Notes under the pieces: generated by a model
What the model saw: the letters and a program-made list of their open reading frames with translations, nothing else
The model's database searches: none
What the model was told of the DNA's origin: nothing
NCBI GenBank assembly: GCA_950097015.1
Contig: CATNEN010000038.1
Span: forward strand, 15,686,001 to 15,750,000
DNA from: Macrostomum hystrix
Lineage: Eukaryota; Animalia; Platyhelminthes
Length of the DNA: 64,000 nt
Direction of reading: 5' to 3'
Shown here: positions 1 through 15,124 of the stretch, piece by piece
Position numbering within the stretch: position 1 is the first letter of the stretch
Layout of the letters: every line of letters starts with the position of its first letter
Program-made: the position numbers and the translations under genes

Positions 1-589
1 TGGTAATCGACTCCTTATTATAGTAACTTATTTGTAAAATGGTTTATAACTTCGAGTCTAAGATGAATTCCTGCTATAAATGTACTTTTTCCTCCTTTGC
101 CAGGGAAGTATAACGATTATGCTTGACCTTTCAAATATGAAAAAATAACATCTTACTAAATAACATCTTACTAAATAACATCTTCGTGCCGAAAGATTGT
201 TCGTAGAATCCAACGGACCGCGGCAGGCATGGTTAAAAGTTATCGTAAAATAAGTTTATTACAATTGTACGATCAGCGGGTCCACGGAATTGATATATTA
301 GTTCCAGCTGCTTCCTTGCTGACGTCAATGATAGAAATTCTTAGCTTTGGAAACCATGTGATTTGCCGTAACTTAAGTTAGATAAAATTCTGTAATAGAC
401 AAACCTAGCTTGATACATAATCATAGATGGAAACCGGAAGACAAACAATTCAAAAATTCATTTAGTACAGGTTTTCACAATCACAGTCGCGTCACACTCT
501 ATTGGGACTTGTGATATGACTGAAAATTGCGTGCGTCAGAGAAATTTTGCTGCCAAATTGTATAGACATCCGAAATAATGGGGAGAAAA

Positions 590-3500
590 GACACAGTAGA
601 GATGAGACTGGTGAGACATGGGACAGTAGATAGATGAGACAGTGGATAGATGAGACAGTGGATAGATGAGACAGTGGATAGATGAGACAGTAGATAGATG
701 AGACAGTAGATAGATGAGACAGTAGATAGATGAGACAGTAGATAGATGAGCCAGTAGATAGATGACACAGTGGATAGATGAGACAGTGGATAGATGAGAC
801 AGTAGATAGATGAGCCAGTAGATAGATGAGACAGTGGATAGATGAGACAGTAGATAGATGAGACAGTGGATAGATGAGACAGTGGAGAGATGAGACAGTG
901 GATAGATGAGACAGTAGATGGATCAGAAAGTGGATAGATGAGACAGTAGATAGATGAGACACTAGATAGATGAGACAGTGGATAGATGAGACAGTGAATA
1001 GATGAGACAGTAGATAGATGAGACAATGGATAGATGAGACAGTGGAGAGACGAGACAGCGGAGAGATGAGACAGTGGAGAGATGAGACAGTGGAGAGATG
1101 AGACAGTGGAGAGATGAGACAGTGGAGAGATGAGACAGTGGAGAGATGAGACAGTGGAGAGATGAGACAGTGGAGAGATGAGACAGTGGAGAGATGAGAC
1201 AGTGGAGAGATGAGACAGTGGAGAGATGACACAGTGGAGAGATGAGACAGTGGAGAGATGAGATAGTGGAGAGATGAGACAGTGGAGAGATGAGACAGTA
1301 GATAGATGAGACAGGTGGTGGATGAGACAGTGGAGAGATGAGACAGTGTATAGATGAGACAGTGGATAGATGAGACAGTGGAGAGATGAGACAGTGGAGA
1401 GATGAGACAGTGGAGAGATGAGACAGTGGAGAGATGAGACAGTGGAGAGATGAGACAGTGGAGAGATGAGACAGTGGAGAGATGAGACAGTGGAGAGATG
1501 AGACAGTGGAGAGATGAGACAGTGGAGAGATGAGACAGTGGAGAGATGAGACAGTGGAGAGATGAGACAGTGGAGAGATGAGACAGTGGAGAGATGACAC
1601 AGTGGAGAGATGAGACAGTGGAGAGATGAGATAGTGGAGAGATGAGACAGTGGAGAGATGAGACAGTAGATAGATGAGACAGTGGATAGATGAGACAGTG
1701 GATAGATGAGACAGTGGATAGATGAGACAGTAGATAGATGAGACAGTAGATAGATGAGACAGTAGATAGATGAGACAGTAGATAGATGAGCCAGTAGATA
1801 GATGACACAGTGGATAGATGAGACAGTGGATAGATGAGACAGTAGATAGATGAGCCAGTAGATAGATGAGACAGTGGATAGATGAGACAGTAGATAGATG
1901 AGACAGTGGATAGATGAGACAGTGGAGAGATGAGACAGTGGATAGATGAGACAGTAGATGGATCAGAAAGTGGATAGATGAGAGAGTAGATAGATGAGAC
2001 ACTAGATAGATGAGACAGTGGATAGATGAGACAGTGAATAGATGAGACAGTAGATAGATGAGACAATGGATAGATGAGACAGTGGAGAGACGAGACAGCG
2101 GAGAGATGAGACAGTGGAGAGATGAGACAGTGGAGAGATGAGACAGTGGAGAGATGAGACAGTGGAGAGATGAGACAGTGGAGAGATGAGACAGTGGAGA
2201 GATGAGACAGTGGAGAGATGAGACAGTGGAGAGATGAGACAGTGGAGAGATGAGACAGTGGAGAGATGAGACAGTGGAGAGATGACACAGTGGAGAGATG
2301 AGACAGTGGAGAGATGAGATAGTGGAGAGATGAGACAGTGGAGAGATGAGACAGTAGATAGATGAGACAGGTGGTGGATGAGACAGTGGAGAGATGAGAC
2401 AGTGGATAGATGAGACAGTGGATAGATGAGACAGTGGAGAGATGAGACAGTGGAGAGATGAGACAGTGGAGAGATGAGACAGTGGAGAGATGAGACAGTG
2501 GAGAGATGAGACAGTGGAGAGATGAGACAGTGGAGAGATGAGACAGTGGAGAGATGAGACAGTGGAGAGATGAGACAGTGGAGAGATGAGACAGTGGAGA
2601 GATGAGACAGTGGAGAGATGAGACAGTGGAGAGATGAGACAGTGGAGAGATGAGACAGTGGAGAGATGAGACAGTGGAGAGATGACACAGTGGAGAGATG
2701 AGACAGTGGAGAGATGAGATAGTGGAGAGATGAGACAGTGGAGAGATGAGACAGTAGATAGATGAGACAGGTGGTGGATGAGACAGTGGAGAGATGAGAC
2801 AGTGGATAGATGAGACAGTGGATAGATGAGACAGTGGAGAGATGAGACAGTGGAGAGATGAGACAGTGGAGAGATGAGACAGTAGATGGATGAGACAGTG
2901 GAGAGATGAGACAGTGGAGAGATGAGACAGTGGATAGATGAGAAAGTAGATAGATAACACAGTGGATAGATGAGACAGTGGATAGATGAGACAGTGGATA
3001 GATGAGACAGTGGATAGATGAGACAGTATACAGATGAGACAGTAGATAGATAAGACAGTAGATGGATGAGACAGTAGATAGATGAGACAGTAGATAGATG
3101 AGACAGTAGATAGATGAGCCAGTAGATAGATGACACAGTGGATAGATGAGACAGTGGATAGATGAGACAGTAGATAGATGAGCCAGTAGATAGATGAGAC
3201 AGTGGATAGATGAGACAGTAGATAGATGAGACAGTGGATAGATGAGACAGTGGAGAGATGAGACAGTGGATAGATGAGACAGTAGATGGATCAGAAAGTG
3301 GATAGATGAGACAGTAGATAGATGAGACACTAGATAGATGAGACAGTGGATAGATGAGACAGTGAATAGATGAGACAGTAGATAGATGAGACAATGGATA
3401 GATGAGACAGTGGAGAGACGAGACAGCGGAGAGATGAGACAGTGGAGAGATGAGACAGTGGAGAGATGAGACAGTGGAGAGATGAGACAGTGGAGAGATG

Positions 3501-6500
3501 AGACAGTGGAGAGATGAGACAGTGGAGAGATGAGACAGTGGAGAGATGAGACAGTGGAGAGATGAGACAGTGGAGAGATGAGACAGTGGAGAGATGACAC
3601 AGTGGAGAGATGAGACAGTGGAGAGATGAGATAGTGGAGAGATGAGACAGTGGAGAGATGAGACAGTAGATAGATGAGACAGGTGGTGGATGAGACAGTG
3701 GAGAGATGAGACAGTGGATAGATGAGACAGTGGATAGATGAGACAGTGGAGAGATGAGACAGTGGAGAGATGAGACAGTGGAGAGATGAGACAGTGGAGA
3801 GATGAGACAGTGGAGAGATGAGACAGTGGAGAGATGAGACAGTGGAGAGATGAGACAGTGGAGAGATGAGACAGTGGAGAGATGAGACAGTGGAGAGATG
3901 AGACAGTGGAGAGATGAGACAGTGGAGAGATGAGACAGTGGAGAGATGAGACAGTGGAGAGATGACACAGTGGAGAGATGAGACAGTGGAGAGATGAGAC
4001 AGTGGAGAGATGAGACAGTGGAGAGATGAGACAGTAGATAGATGAGACAGTGGATAGATGAGACAGTGGATAGATGAGACAGTGGATAGATGAGACAGTA
4101 GATAGATGAGACAGTAGATAGATGAGACAGTAGATAGATGAGACAGTAGATAGATGAGCCAGTAGATAGATGACACAGTGGATAGATGAGACAGTGGATA
4201 GATGAGACAGTAGATAGATGAGCCAGTAGATAGATGAGACAGTGGATAGATGAGACAGTAGATAGATGAGACAGTGGATAGATGAGACAGTGGAGAGATG
4301 AGACAGTGGATAGATGAGACAGTAGATGGATCAGAAAGTGGATAGATGAGAGAGTAGATAGATGAGACACTAGATAGATGAGACAGTGGATAGATGAGAC
4401 AGTGAATAGATGAGACAGTAGATAGATGAGACAATGGATAGATGAGACAGTGGAGAGACGAGACAGCGGAGAGATGAGACAGTGGAGAGATGAGACAGTG
4501 GAGAGATGAGACAGTGGAGAGATGAGACAGTGGAGAGATGAGACAGTGGAGAGATGAGACAGTGGAGAGATGAGACAGTGGAGAGATGAGACAGTGGAGA
4601 GATGAGACAGTGGAGAGATGAGACAGTGGAGAGATGAGACAGTGGAGAGATGACACAGTGGAGAGATGAGACAGTGGAGAGATGAGATAGTGGAGAGATG
4701 AGACAGTGGAGAGATGAGACAGTAGATAGATGAGACAGGTGGTGGATGAGACAGTGGAGAGATGAGACAGTGGATAGATGAGACAGTGGATAGATGAGAC
4801 AGTGGAGAGATGAGACAGTGGAGAGATGAGACAGTGGAGAGATGAGACAGTGGAGAGATGAGACAGTGGAGAGATGAGACAGTGGAGAGATGAGACAGTG
4901 GAGAGATGAGACAGTGGAGAGATGAGACAGTGGAGAGATGAGACAGTGGAGAGATGAGACAGTGGAGAGATGAGACAGTGGAGAGATGAGACAGTGGAGA
5001 GATGAGACAGTGGAGAGATGAGACAGTGGAGAGATGACACAGTGGAGAGATGAGACAGTGGAGAGATGAGATAGTGGAGAGATGAGACAGTGGAGAGATG
5101 AGACAGTAGATAGATGAGACAGGTGGTGGATGAGACAGTGGAGAGATGAGACAGTGGATAGATGAGACAGTGGATAGATGAGACAGTGGAGAGATGAGAC
5201 AGTGGAGAGATGAGACAGTGGAGAGATGAGACAGTGGAGAGATGAGACAGTGGAGAGATGAGACAGTGGAGAGATGAGACAGTGGAGAGATGAGACAGTG
5301 GAGAGATGAGACAGTGGAGAGATGAGACAGTGGAGAGATGAGACAGTGGAGAGATGAGACAGTGGAGAGATGAGACAGTGGAGAGATGAGACAGTGGAGA
5401 GATGACACAGTGGAGAGATGAGACAGTGGAGAGATGAGACAGTGGAGAGATGAGACAGTGGAGAGATGAGACAGTAGATAGATGAGACAGTGGATAGATG
5501 AGACAGTGGATAGATGAGACAGTGGATAGATGAGACAGTAGATAGATGAGACAGTAGATAGATGAGACAGTAGATAGATGAGACAGTAGATAGATGAGCC
5601 AGTAGATAGATGACACAGTGGATAGATGAGACAGTGGATAGATGAGACAGTAGATAGATGAGCCAGTAGATAGATGAGACAGTGGATAGATGAGACAGTA
5701 GATAGATGAGACAGTGGATAGATGAGACAGTGGAGAGATGAGACAGTGGATAGATGAGACAGTAGATGGATCAGAAAGTGGATAGATGAGAGAGTAGATA
5801 GATGAGACACTAGATAGATGAGACAGTGGATAGATGAGACAGTGAATAGATGAGACAGTAGATAGATGAGACAATGGATAGATGAGACAGTGGAGAGACG
5901 AGACAGCGGAGAGATGAGACAGTGGAGAGATGAGACAGTGGAGAGATGAGACAGTGGAGAGATGAGACAGTGGAGAGATGAGACAGTGGAGAGATGAGAC
6001 AGTGGAGAGATGAGACAGTGGAGAGATGAGACAGTGGAGAGATGAGACAGTGGAGAGATGAGACAGTGGAGAGATGAGACAGTGGAGAGATGACACAGTG
6101 GAGAGATGAGACAGTGGAGAGATGAGATAGTGGAGAGATGAGACAGTGGAGAGATGAGACAGTAGATAGATGAGACAGGTGGTGGATGAGACAGTGGAGA
6201 GATGAGACAGTGGATAGATGAGACAGTGGATAGATGAGACAGTGGAGAGATGAGACAGTGGAGAGATGAGACAGTGGAGAGATGAGACAGTGGAGAGATG
6301 AGACAGTGGAGAGATGAGACAGTGGAGAGATGAGACAGTGGAGAGATGAGACAGTGGAGAGATGAGACAGTGGAGAGATGAGACAGTGGAGAGATGAGAC
6401 AGTGGAGAGATGAGACAGTGGAGAGATGAGACAGTGGAGAGATGAGACAGTGGAGAGATGAGACAGTGGAGAGATGACACAGTGGAGAGATGAGACAGTG

Positions 6501-9500
6501 GAGAGATGAGATAGTGGAGAGATGAGACAGTGGAGAGATGAGACAGTAGATAGATGAGACAGGTGGTGGATGAGACAGTGGAGAGATGAGACAGTGGATA
6601 GATGAGACAGTGGATAGATGAGACAGTGGAGAGATGAGACAGTGGAGAGATGAGACAGTGGAGAGATGAGACAGTAGATGGATGAGACAGTGGAGAGATG
6701 AGACAGTGGAGAGATGAGACAGTGGATAGATGAGAAAGTAGATAGATAACACAGTGGATAGATGAGACAGTGGATAGATGAGACAGTGGATAGATGAGAC
6801 AGTGGATAGATGAGACAGTGGAGAGATGAGACAGTAGATAGATGAGACAGTAGATAGATGAGACCGTGGATAGATGAGACAGTAGATAGATGAGACACTA
6901 GATAGATGAGACAGTGGATAGATGAGACAGTGGATAGATGAGACAGTAGATAGATGAGACAGTAGATTGATGAGACAGTGGAGAGATGAGACAGTAGATA
7001 GATGAGCCAGTAGATGGATCAGACAGTGGATAGATGAGACAGTAGATAGATGAGACACTAGATAGATGAGACAGTGGATAGATGAGACAGTGGAAAGATG
7101 AGACAGTAGATAGATGAGACAGTGGATAGATGAGACAGTGGAGAGATGAGACAGTGGATAGATGAGACAGTAGATGGATCAGACAGTGGATAGATGAGAC
7201 AGTAGATAGATGAGACAGTGGATAGATGAGACAGTGGAGAGATGAGACAGTGGAGAGATGAGACAGTGGATAGATGAGACAGTGGATAGATGAGACAGTA
7301 GATAGATGAGACAGTAGATAGATGAGACAGTGGAGAGATGAGACAGTAGATAGATGAGCCAGAAGATGGATCAGACAGTGGATAGATGAGACAGTAGATA
7401 GATGAGACACTAGATAGATGAGACAGTGGATAGATGAGACAGTGGAAAGATGAGACAGTAGATAGATGAGACAGTGGATAGATGAGACAGTGGAGAGATG
7501 AGACAGTGGATAGATGAGACAGTAGATGGATCAGACAGTGGATAGATGAGACAGTAGATAGATGAGACACTAGATAGATGAGACAGTGGATAGATGAGAC
7601 AGTGGATAGATGAGACAGTAGATAGATGAGACAATGGATAGATGAGACAGTGGATAGATGAGACAGTGGATAGATGAGACAGTGGATAGATAAGACAGTA
7701 GATAGATGAGACAGTAGATAGATGAGACAGTAGATAGATGAGACAGTAGATAGATGAGCCAGTAGATAGATGACACAGTGGACAGATGAGACAGTGGATA
7801 GATGAGACAGTAGATAGATGAGCCAGTAGATAGATGAGACAGTGGATAGATGAGACAGTAGATGGATGAGACAGTGGATAGATGAGACAGTGGAGAGATG
7901 AGACAGTGGATAGATGAGACAGTGGAGAGATGAGACAGTGGAGAGATGAGACAGTAGATAGATGAGACAGTAGATGGATGAGACAGTGGATAGATGAGAC
8001 AGTAGATGGATGAGACAGTGGAGAGATGAGACAGTGGATAGATGAGACAGTGGATAGATGAGACAGTGGAGAGATGAGACAATGGAGAGATGAGACAGTG
8101 GAGAGATGAGACAGTGGAGCGATGAGACAGTAGATAGATGAGACAGTAGATGGATGAGACAGTGGATAGATGAGACAGTGGATAGATGAGACAGTGGAGA
8201 GATGAGACAGTAGATAGATGAGACAGTAGATAGATGAGACAGTGGATAGATGAGACAGTGGAGAGATGAGACAGTGGATAGATGAGACAGTGGATAGATG
8301 AGACAGTGGATAGATGAGACAGTGGAGAGATGAGACAGTGGAGAGATGAGACAGTGGAGAGATGAGACAGTGGAGAGATGAGATAGTGGAGAGATGAGAC
8401 AGTAGATAGATGAGACAGTGGAGAGATGAGACAGTGGATAGATGAGACAGTGGATAGATAAGACAGTAGATAGATGAGACCGTGGATAGATGAGACAGTA
8501 GATGGATGAGACAGTGGAGAGATGAGACAGTGGATAGATAAGACAGTAGATTGATGAGACCGTGGATAGATGAGACAGTAGATGGATGAGACAGTGGAGA
8601 GATGAGACAGTGGAGAGATGAGACAGTGGAGAGATGAGACAGTGGAGAGATGAGACAGTGGAGAGATGAGACAGTGGAGAGATGAGACAGTGGAGAGATG
8701 AGACAGTGGAGAGATGCAACAGTAGATAGATGAGACAGTAGGTGGATTAGACAGTGGAGAGATGAGACAGTGGATAGATGAGACAGTGGATAGATGAGAC
8801 AGTGGAGAGATGAGACAGTGGAGAGATGAGACAGTGGAGAGATGAGACAGTAGATGGATGAGACAGTGGAGAGATGAGACAGTGGAGAGATGCAACAGTG
8901 GATAGATGAGACAGTAGATAGATGACACAGTGGATAGATGAGACAGTGGATAGATGAGACAGTGGATAGATGAGACAGTGGAGAGATGAGACAGTGGATA
9001 GATGAGACAGTGGATAGATGAGACAGTGGATAGATGAGACAGTATACAGATGAGACAATAGATAGATAAGACAGTAGATGGATGAGACAGTAGATAGATG
9101 AGACAGTAGATAGATGAGACCGTGGATAGATGAGACAGTAGATAGATGAGACAGTAGATAGATGAGACCGTGGATAGATGAGACAGTAGATGGATGAGAC
9201 AGTGGAGAGATGAGACAGTGGAGAGATGAGACAGTGGAGAGATGAGACAGTGGAGAGATGAGACAGTGGAGAGATGAGACAGTGGAGAGATGAGACAGTG
9301 GATAGATGAGACAGTGGATAGATGAGACAGTGGAGAGATGAGACAGTGGATAGATGAGACAGTAGATGGATCAGACAGTGGATAGATGAGACAGTAGATA
9401 GATGAGACACTAGATAGATGAGACAGTGGATAGATGAGACAGTGGATAGATGAGACAGTGGAGAGATGAGACAATGGAGAGATGAGACAGTGGATAGATG

Positions 9501-12500
9501 AGACAGTAGATGGATGAGACAGTGGATAGATGAGACAGTGGATAGATGAGACAGTGGAGAGATGAGACAGTAGATAGATGAGACAGTAGATAGATGAGAC
9601 AGTGGATAGATGAGACAGTGGAGAGATGAGACAGTGGATAGATGAGACAGTGGATAGATGAGACAGTGGATAGATGAGACAGTGGAGAGATGAGACAGTG
9701 GAGAGATGAGACAGTGGAGAGATGAGACAGTGGAGAGATGAGATAGTGGAGAGATGAGACAGTAGATAGATGAGACAGTGGAGAGATGAGACAGTGGATA
9801 GATGAGACAGTGGATAGATAAGACAGTAGATAGATGAGACCGTGGATAGATGAGACAGTAGATGGATGAGACAGTGGAGAGATGAGACAGTGGATAGATA
9901 AGACAGTAGATTGATGAGACCGTGGATAGATGAGACAGTAGATGGATGAGACAGTGGAGAGATGAGACAGTGGAGAGATGAGACAGTGGAGAGATGAGAC
10001 AGTGGAGAGATGAGACACTAGATAGATGAGACAGTGGAGAGATGAGACAGTGGAGAGATGAGACAGTGGAGAGATGCAACAGTAGATAGATGAGACAGTA
10101 GGTGGATTAGACAGTGGAGAGATGAGACAGTGGATAGATGAGACACTAGATAGATGAGACAGTGGATAGATGAGACAGTGGATAGATGAGACAGTGGAGA
10201 GATGAGACAGTGGATAGATGAGACAGTGGAGAGATGAGACAGTGGATAGATGAGACAGTAGATGGATCAGACAGTGGATAGATGACACAGTGGATAGATG
10301 AGACACTAGATAGATGAGACAGTGGATAGATGAGACAGTGGATAGATGAGACAGTGGATAGATGAGACAGTGGATAGATGAGACACTAGATAGATGAGAC
10401 AGTGGATAGATGAGACAGTGGATAGATGAGACAGTAGATAGATGAGACCGTGGATAGATGAGACAGTAGATGGATGAGACAGTGGAGAGATGAGACAGTG
10501 GAGAGATGAGACAGTGGAGAGATGAGACAGTGGAGAGATGAGACAGTGGAGAGATGAGACAGTGGAGAGATGAGACAGTGGAGAGATGAGACAGTGGAGA
10601 GATGAGACAGTGGAGAGATGAGCCAGTAGATAGATGACACAGTGGATAGATGAGACAGTGGATAGATGAGACAGTGGATAGATGAGACAGTGGATAGATG
10701 AGACAGTAGATAGATGAGACAGTAGATAGATGAGACAGTGGATAGATGAGACAGTAGATAGATGAGACAGTGGATAGATGAGACAGTGGAGAGATGAGAC
10801 AGTGGATAGAAGAGACAGTAGATAGATGAGACAATGGATAGATGAGACAGTGGATAGATGAGACAGTGGATAGATGAGACAGTGGATAGATGAGACAGTA
10901 GATAGATGAGACAGTAGATAGATGAGACAGTAGATAGATGAGACAGTAGATAGATGAGCCAGTAGATAGATGACACAGTGGATAGATGAGACAGTGGATA
11001 GATGAGACAGTAGATAGATGAGCCAGTAGATAGATGAGACAGTGGATAGATGAGACAGTAGATAGATGAGACAGTGGATAGATGAGACAGTGGAGAGATG
11101 AGACAGTGGAGAGATGAGACAGTAGATGGATCAGACAGTGGATAGATGAGACAGTAGATAGATGAGACACTAGATAGATGAGACAGTGGATAGATGAGAC
11201 AGTGGATAGATGAGACAGTGGAGAGATGAGACAGTGGATAGATGAGACAGTGGAGAGATGAGACAGTGGATAGATGAGACAGTAGATGGATCAGACAGTG
11301 GATAGATGAGACAGTAGATAGATGAGACACTAGATAGATGAGACAGTGGATAGATGAGACAGTAGATAGATGAGACACTAGATAGATGAGACAGTGGATA
11401 GATGAGACAGTGGATAGATGAGACAGTGGAGAGATGAGACAGTGGATAGATGAGACAGTGGAGAGATGAGACAGTGGATAGATGAGACAGTAGATGGATC
11501 AGACAGTGGATAGATGAGACAGTAGATAGATGAGACACTAGATAGATGAGACAGTGGATAGATGAGACAGTGGATAGATGAGACAGTGGATAGATGAGAC
11601 AGTGGATAGATGAGACACTAGATAGATGAGACAGTGGATAGATGAGACAGTGGATAGATGAGACAGTAGATAGATGAGACCGTGGATAGATGAGACAGTA
11701 GATGGATGAGACAGTGGAGAGATGAGACAGTGGAGAGATGAGACAGTGGAGAGATGAGACAGTGGAGAGATGAGACAGTGGAGAGATGAGACAGTGGAGA
11801 GATGAGACAGTGGAGAGATGAGACAGTGGAGAGATGAGACAGTGGAGAGATGAGCCAGTAGATAGATGACACAGTGGATAGATGAGACAGTGGATAGATG
11901 AGACAGTGGATAGATGAGACAGTGGATAGATGAGACAGTAGATAGATGAGACAGTAGATAGATGAGACAGTGGATAGATGAGACAGTAGATAGATGAGAC
12001 AGTGGATAGATGAGACAGTGGAGAGATGAGACAGTGGATAGAAGAGACAGTAGATAGATGAGACAATGGATAGATGAGACAGTGGATAGATGAGACAGTG
12101 GATAGATGAGACAGTGGATAGATGAGACAGTAGATAGATGAGACAGTAGATAGATGAGACAGTAGATAGATGAGACAGTAGATAGATGAGCCAGTAGATA
12201 GATGACACAGTGGATAGATGAGACAGTGGATAGATGAGACAGTAGATAGATGAGCCAGTAGATAGATGAGACAGTGGATAGATGAGACAGTAGATAGATG
12301 AGACAGTGGATAGATGAGACAGTGGAGAGATGAGACAGTGGAGAGATGAGACAGTAGATGGATCAGACAGTGGATAGATGAGACAGTAGATAGATGAGAC
12401 ACTAGATAGATGAGACAGTGGATAGATGAGACAGTGGATAGATGAGACAGTGGAGAGATGAGACAGTGGATAGATGAGACAGTGGAGAGATGAGACAGTG

Positions 12501-14515
12501 GATAGATGAGACAGTAGATGGATCAGACAGTGGATAGATGAGACAGTAGATAGATGAGACACTAGATAGATGAGACAGTGGATAGATGAGACAGTGGATA
12601 GATGAGACAGTGGATAGATGAGACAGTGGATAGATGAGACACTAGATTGATGAGACAGTGGATAGATGAGACAGTGGATAGATGAGACAGTAGATAGATG
12701 AGACCGTGGATAGATGAGACAGTAGATGGATGAGACAGTGGAGAGATGAGACAGTGGAGAGATGAGACAGTGGAGAGATGAGACAGTGGAGAGATGAGAC
12801 AGTGGAGAGATGAGACAGTGGAGAGATGAGACAGTGGAGAGATGAGACAGTGGAGAGATGAGACAGTGGAGAGATGAGCCAGTAGATAGATGACACAGTG
12901 GATAGATGAGACAGTGGATAGATGAGACAGTGGATAGATGAGACAGTGGATAGATGAGACAGTAGATAGATGAGACAGTAGATAGATGAGACAGTGGATA
13001 GATGAGACAGTAGATAGATGAGACAGTGGATAGATGAGACAGTGGAGAGATGAGACAGTGGATAGATGAGACAGTAGATGGATGAGACAGTGGATAGATG
13101 AGACAGTAGATAGATGAGACACTAGATAGATGAGACAGTGGATAGATGAGACAGTGGTTAGATGAGACAGTGGATAGATGAGACAGTGGAGAGATGAGAC
13201 AGTGGAGAGATGAGACAGTAGATAGATGAGACAGTAGATGGATGAGACAGTGGAGAGATGAGCCAGTAGATAGATGAGACAGTAGATAGATGAGACAATG
13301 GATAGATGAGACAGTGGATAGATGAGACAGTGGATAGATGAGACAGTGGATAGATGAGACAGTAGATAGATGAGACAGTAGATAGATGAGACAGTAGATA
13401 GATGAGACAGTAGATAGATGAGCCAGTAGATAGATGACACAGTGGATAGATGAGACAGTGGATAGATGAGACAGTAGATAGATGAGCCAGTAGATAGATG
13501 AGACAGTGGATAGATGAGACAGTAGATAGATGAGACAGTGGATAGATGAGACAGTGGAGAGATGAGACAGTGGAGAGATGAGACAGTAGATGGATCAGAC
13601 AGTGGATAGATGAGACAGTAGATAGATGAGACACTAGATAGATGAGACAGTGGATAGATGAGACAGTGGATAGATGAGACAGTGGAGAGATGAGACAGTG
13701 GATAGATGAGACAGTGGAGAGATGAGACAGTGGATAGATGAGACAGTAGATGGATCAGACAGTGGATAGATGAGACAGTAGATAGATGAGACACTAGATA
13801 GATGAGACAGTGGATAGATGAGACAGTAGATAGATGAGACAGTGGATAGATGAGACAGTGGAGAGATGAGACAGTGGATAGATGAGACAGTAGATGGATG
13901 AGACAGTGGATAGATGAGACAGTAGATAGATGAGACACTAGATAGATGAGACAGTGGATAGATGAGACAGTGGATAGATGAGACAGTGGATAGATGAGAC
14001 AGTGGAGAGATGAGACAGTGGAGAGATGAGACAGTAGATAGATGAGACAGTGGAGAGATGAGACAGTGGAGAGATGAGACAGTGGAGAGATGAGACAGTG
14101 GAGAGATGAGACAGTGGAGAGATGAGACAGTAGATAGATGAGACAGTAGATAGATGAGACAGTGGATAGATGAGACCGTGGATAGATGAGACCGTGGATA
14201 GATGAGACAGTAGATGGATTAGACAGTGGAGAGATGAGACCGTGGATAGATGAGACAGTGGAGAGATGAGACAGTGGAGGGATGAGACAGTGGAGAGATG
14301 AGACAGTGGAGAGATGAGACAGTGGAGAGATGAAACAGTGGAGAGATGAGACAGTAGATAGATGAGACCGTGGATAGATGAGACCGTGGATAGATGAGAC
14401 AGTAGATGGATTAGACAGTGGAGAGATGAGACAGTGGAGAGATGAGACAGTGGAGAGATGAGACAGTGGAGAGATGAGACAGTGGAGAGATGAGACAGTG
14501 GAGAGATGAGACAGG
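590..14515. repeat. 13.9-kb tandem satellite, 16-nt unit GATGAGACAGT(G/A)GA(G/T)A, with higher-order structure
   Basis: Unit is directly visible. GATGAGAC starts at 633 and at 14457/14505, all in the same mod-16 phase (about 867 monomers). Rare marker variants recur at multiples of 16. Confidence 0.99.
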
Positions 14516-14954
14516 GTAGATATGAGCAGGAGAAATATGGTGCAGGGTTGTTATTTACTGCTGTCCTGCTCCACAGCTTTGGCAATCAAACCCTGGTCTC
14601 ACAGAGCTGTTCATGAAAGCCATGAACTCTTCATCATCTGTCAATGGCACAGTCGGTTGGAGGCAAAGACAAAATAATGGGCTCAAAATGAGCTGCTCAT
14701 TTGGAAACTGAGAACAGCTGTCTCAATATGTGCCTGCGGTTGGTCTCAATTACAATACGAGTAAGCTGCAACTCTCCGATGGAGTTCGCTACTGGCGTCG
14801 ATTTCAATAGAACTAAAGGCGCCATACGCTGTGGTAATCTGGCAGTAATTTACGTTGCAAATATATTGCACAAAGCGATACAACTGCTTCAACAAAAAAC
14901 TGCTTTTTCTCTCTGATTGTTTTGACTCTGCTTACATTGGGTCGGCTAAGTGCG

Positions 14955-14988
14955 GCCAATAAGACTTATCACGTGATCTCTTAGTTCG
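14955..14988 (+). promoter_or_regulatory. Conserved upstream motif AATAAG(A/G)CTTATCACGTGATCTCTTAGTTC (GATA-like CTTATC overlapping E-box CACGTG)
   Basis: Lies about 150 nt upstream of the ATG at 15125. It is nearly identical in the inverted duplicate at about 24856-24888, whereas the flanks have diverged. Function is inferred. Confidence 0.45.
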
Positions 14989-15124
14989 AAATTCGCCTGC
15001 CGCCGTGGCCAACCCACCCCCAGACAACAAGGTTGTTAGAATACGGCTTATTGCCTAATAAAAGGCTCACGAAGGCAATTGTAGAGGTGCCATCTAGTTG
15101 TTAGAGTTGCTTGCTAAGAACACT

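Noticed and set aside
590-14515. CRISPR-like array
   Set aside because: There are no unique spacers and no cas genes; these are head-to-tail monomers in a eukaryotic context. The same applies to all other arrays.
492-14585. Very long minus-strand ORFs (up to 1492 aa, LSHLSTVSSLHCLISP repeats)
   Set aside because: The 16-mer has no stop codon on that strand, so all three frames are open and give the same peptide. This is a satellite artefact.
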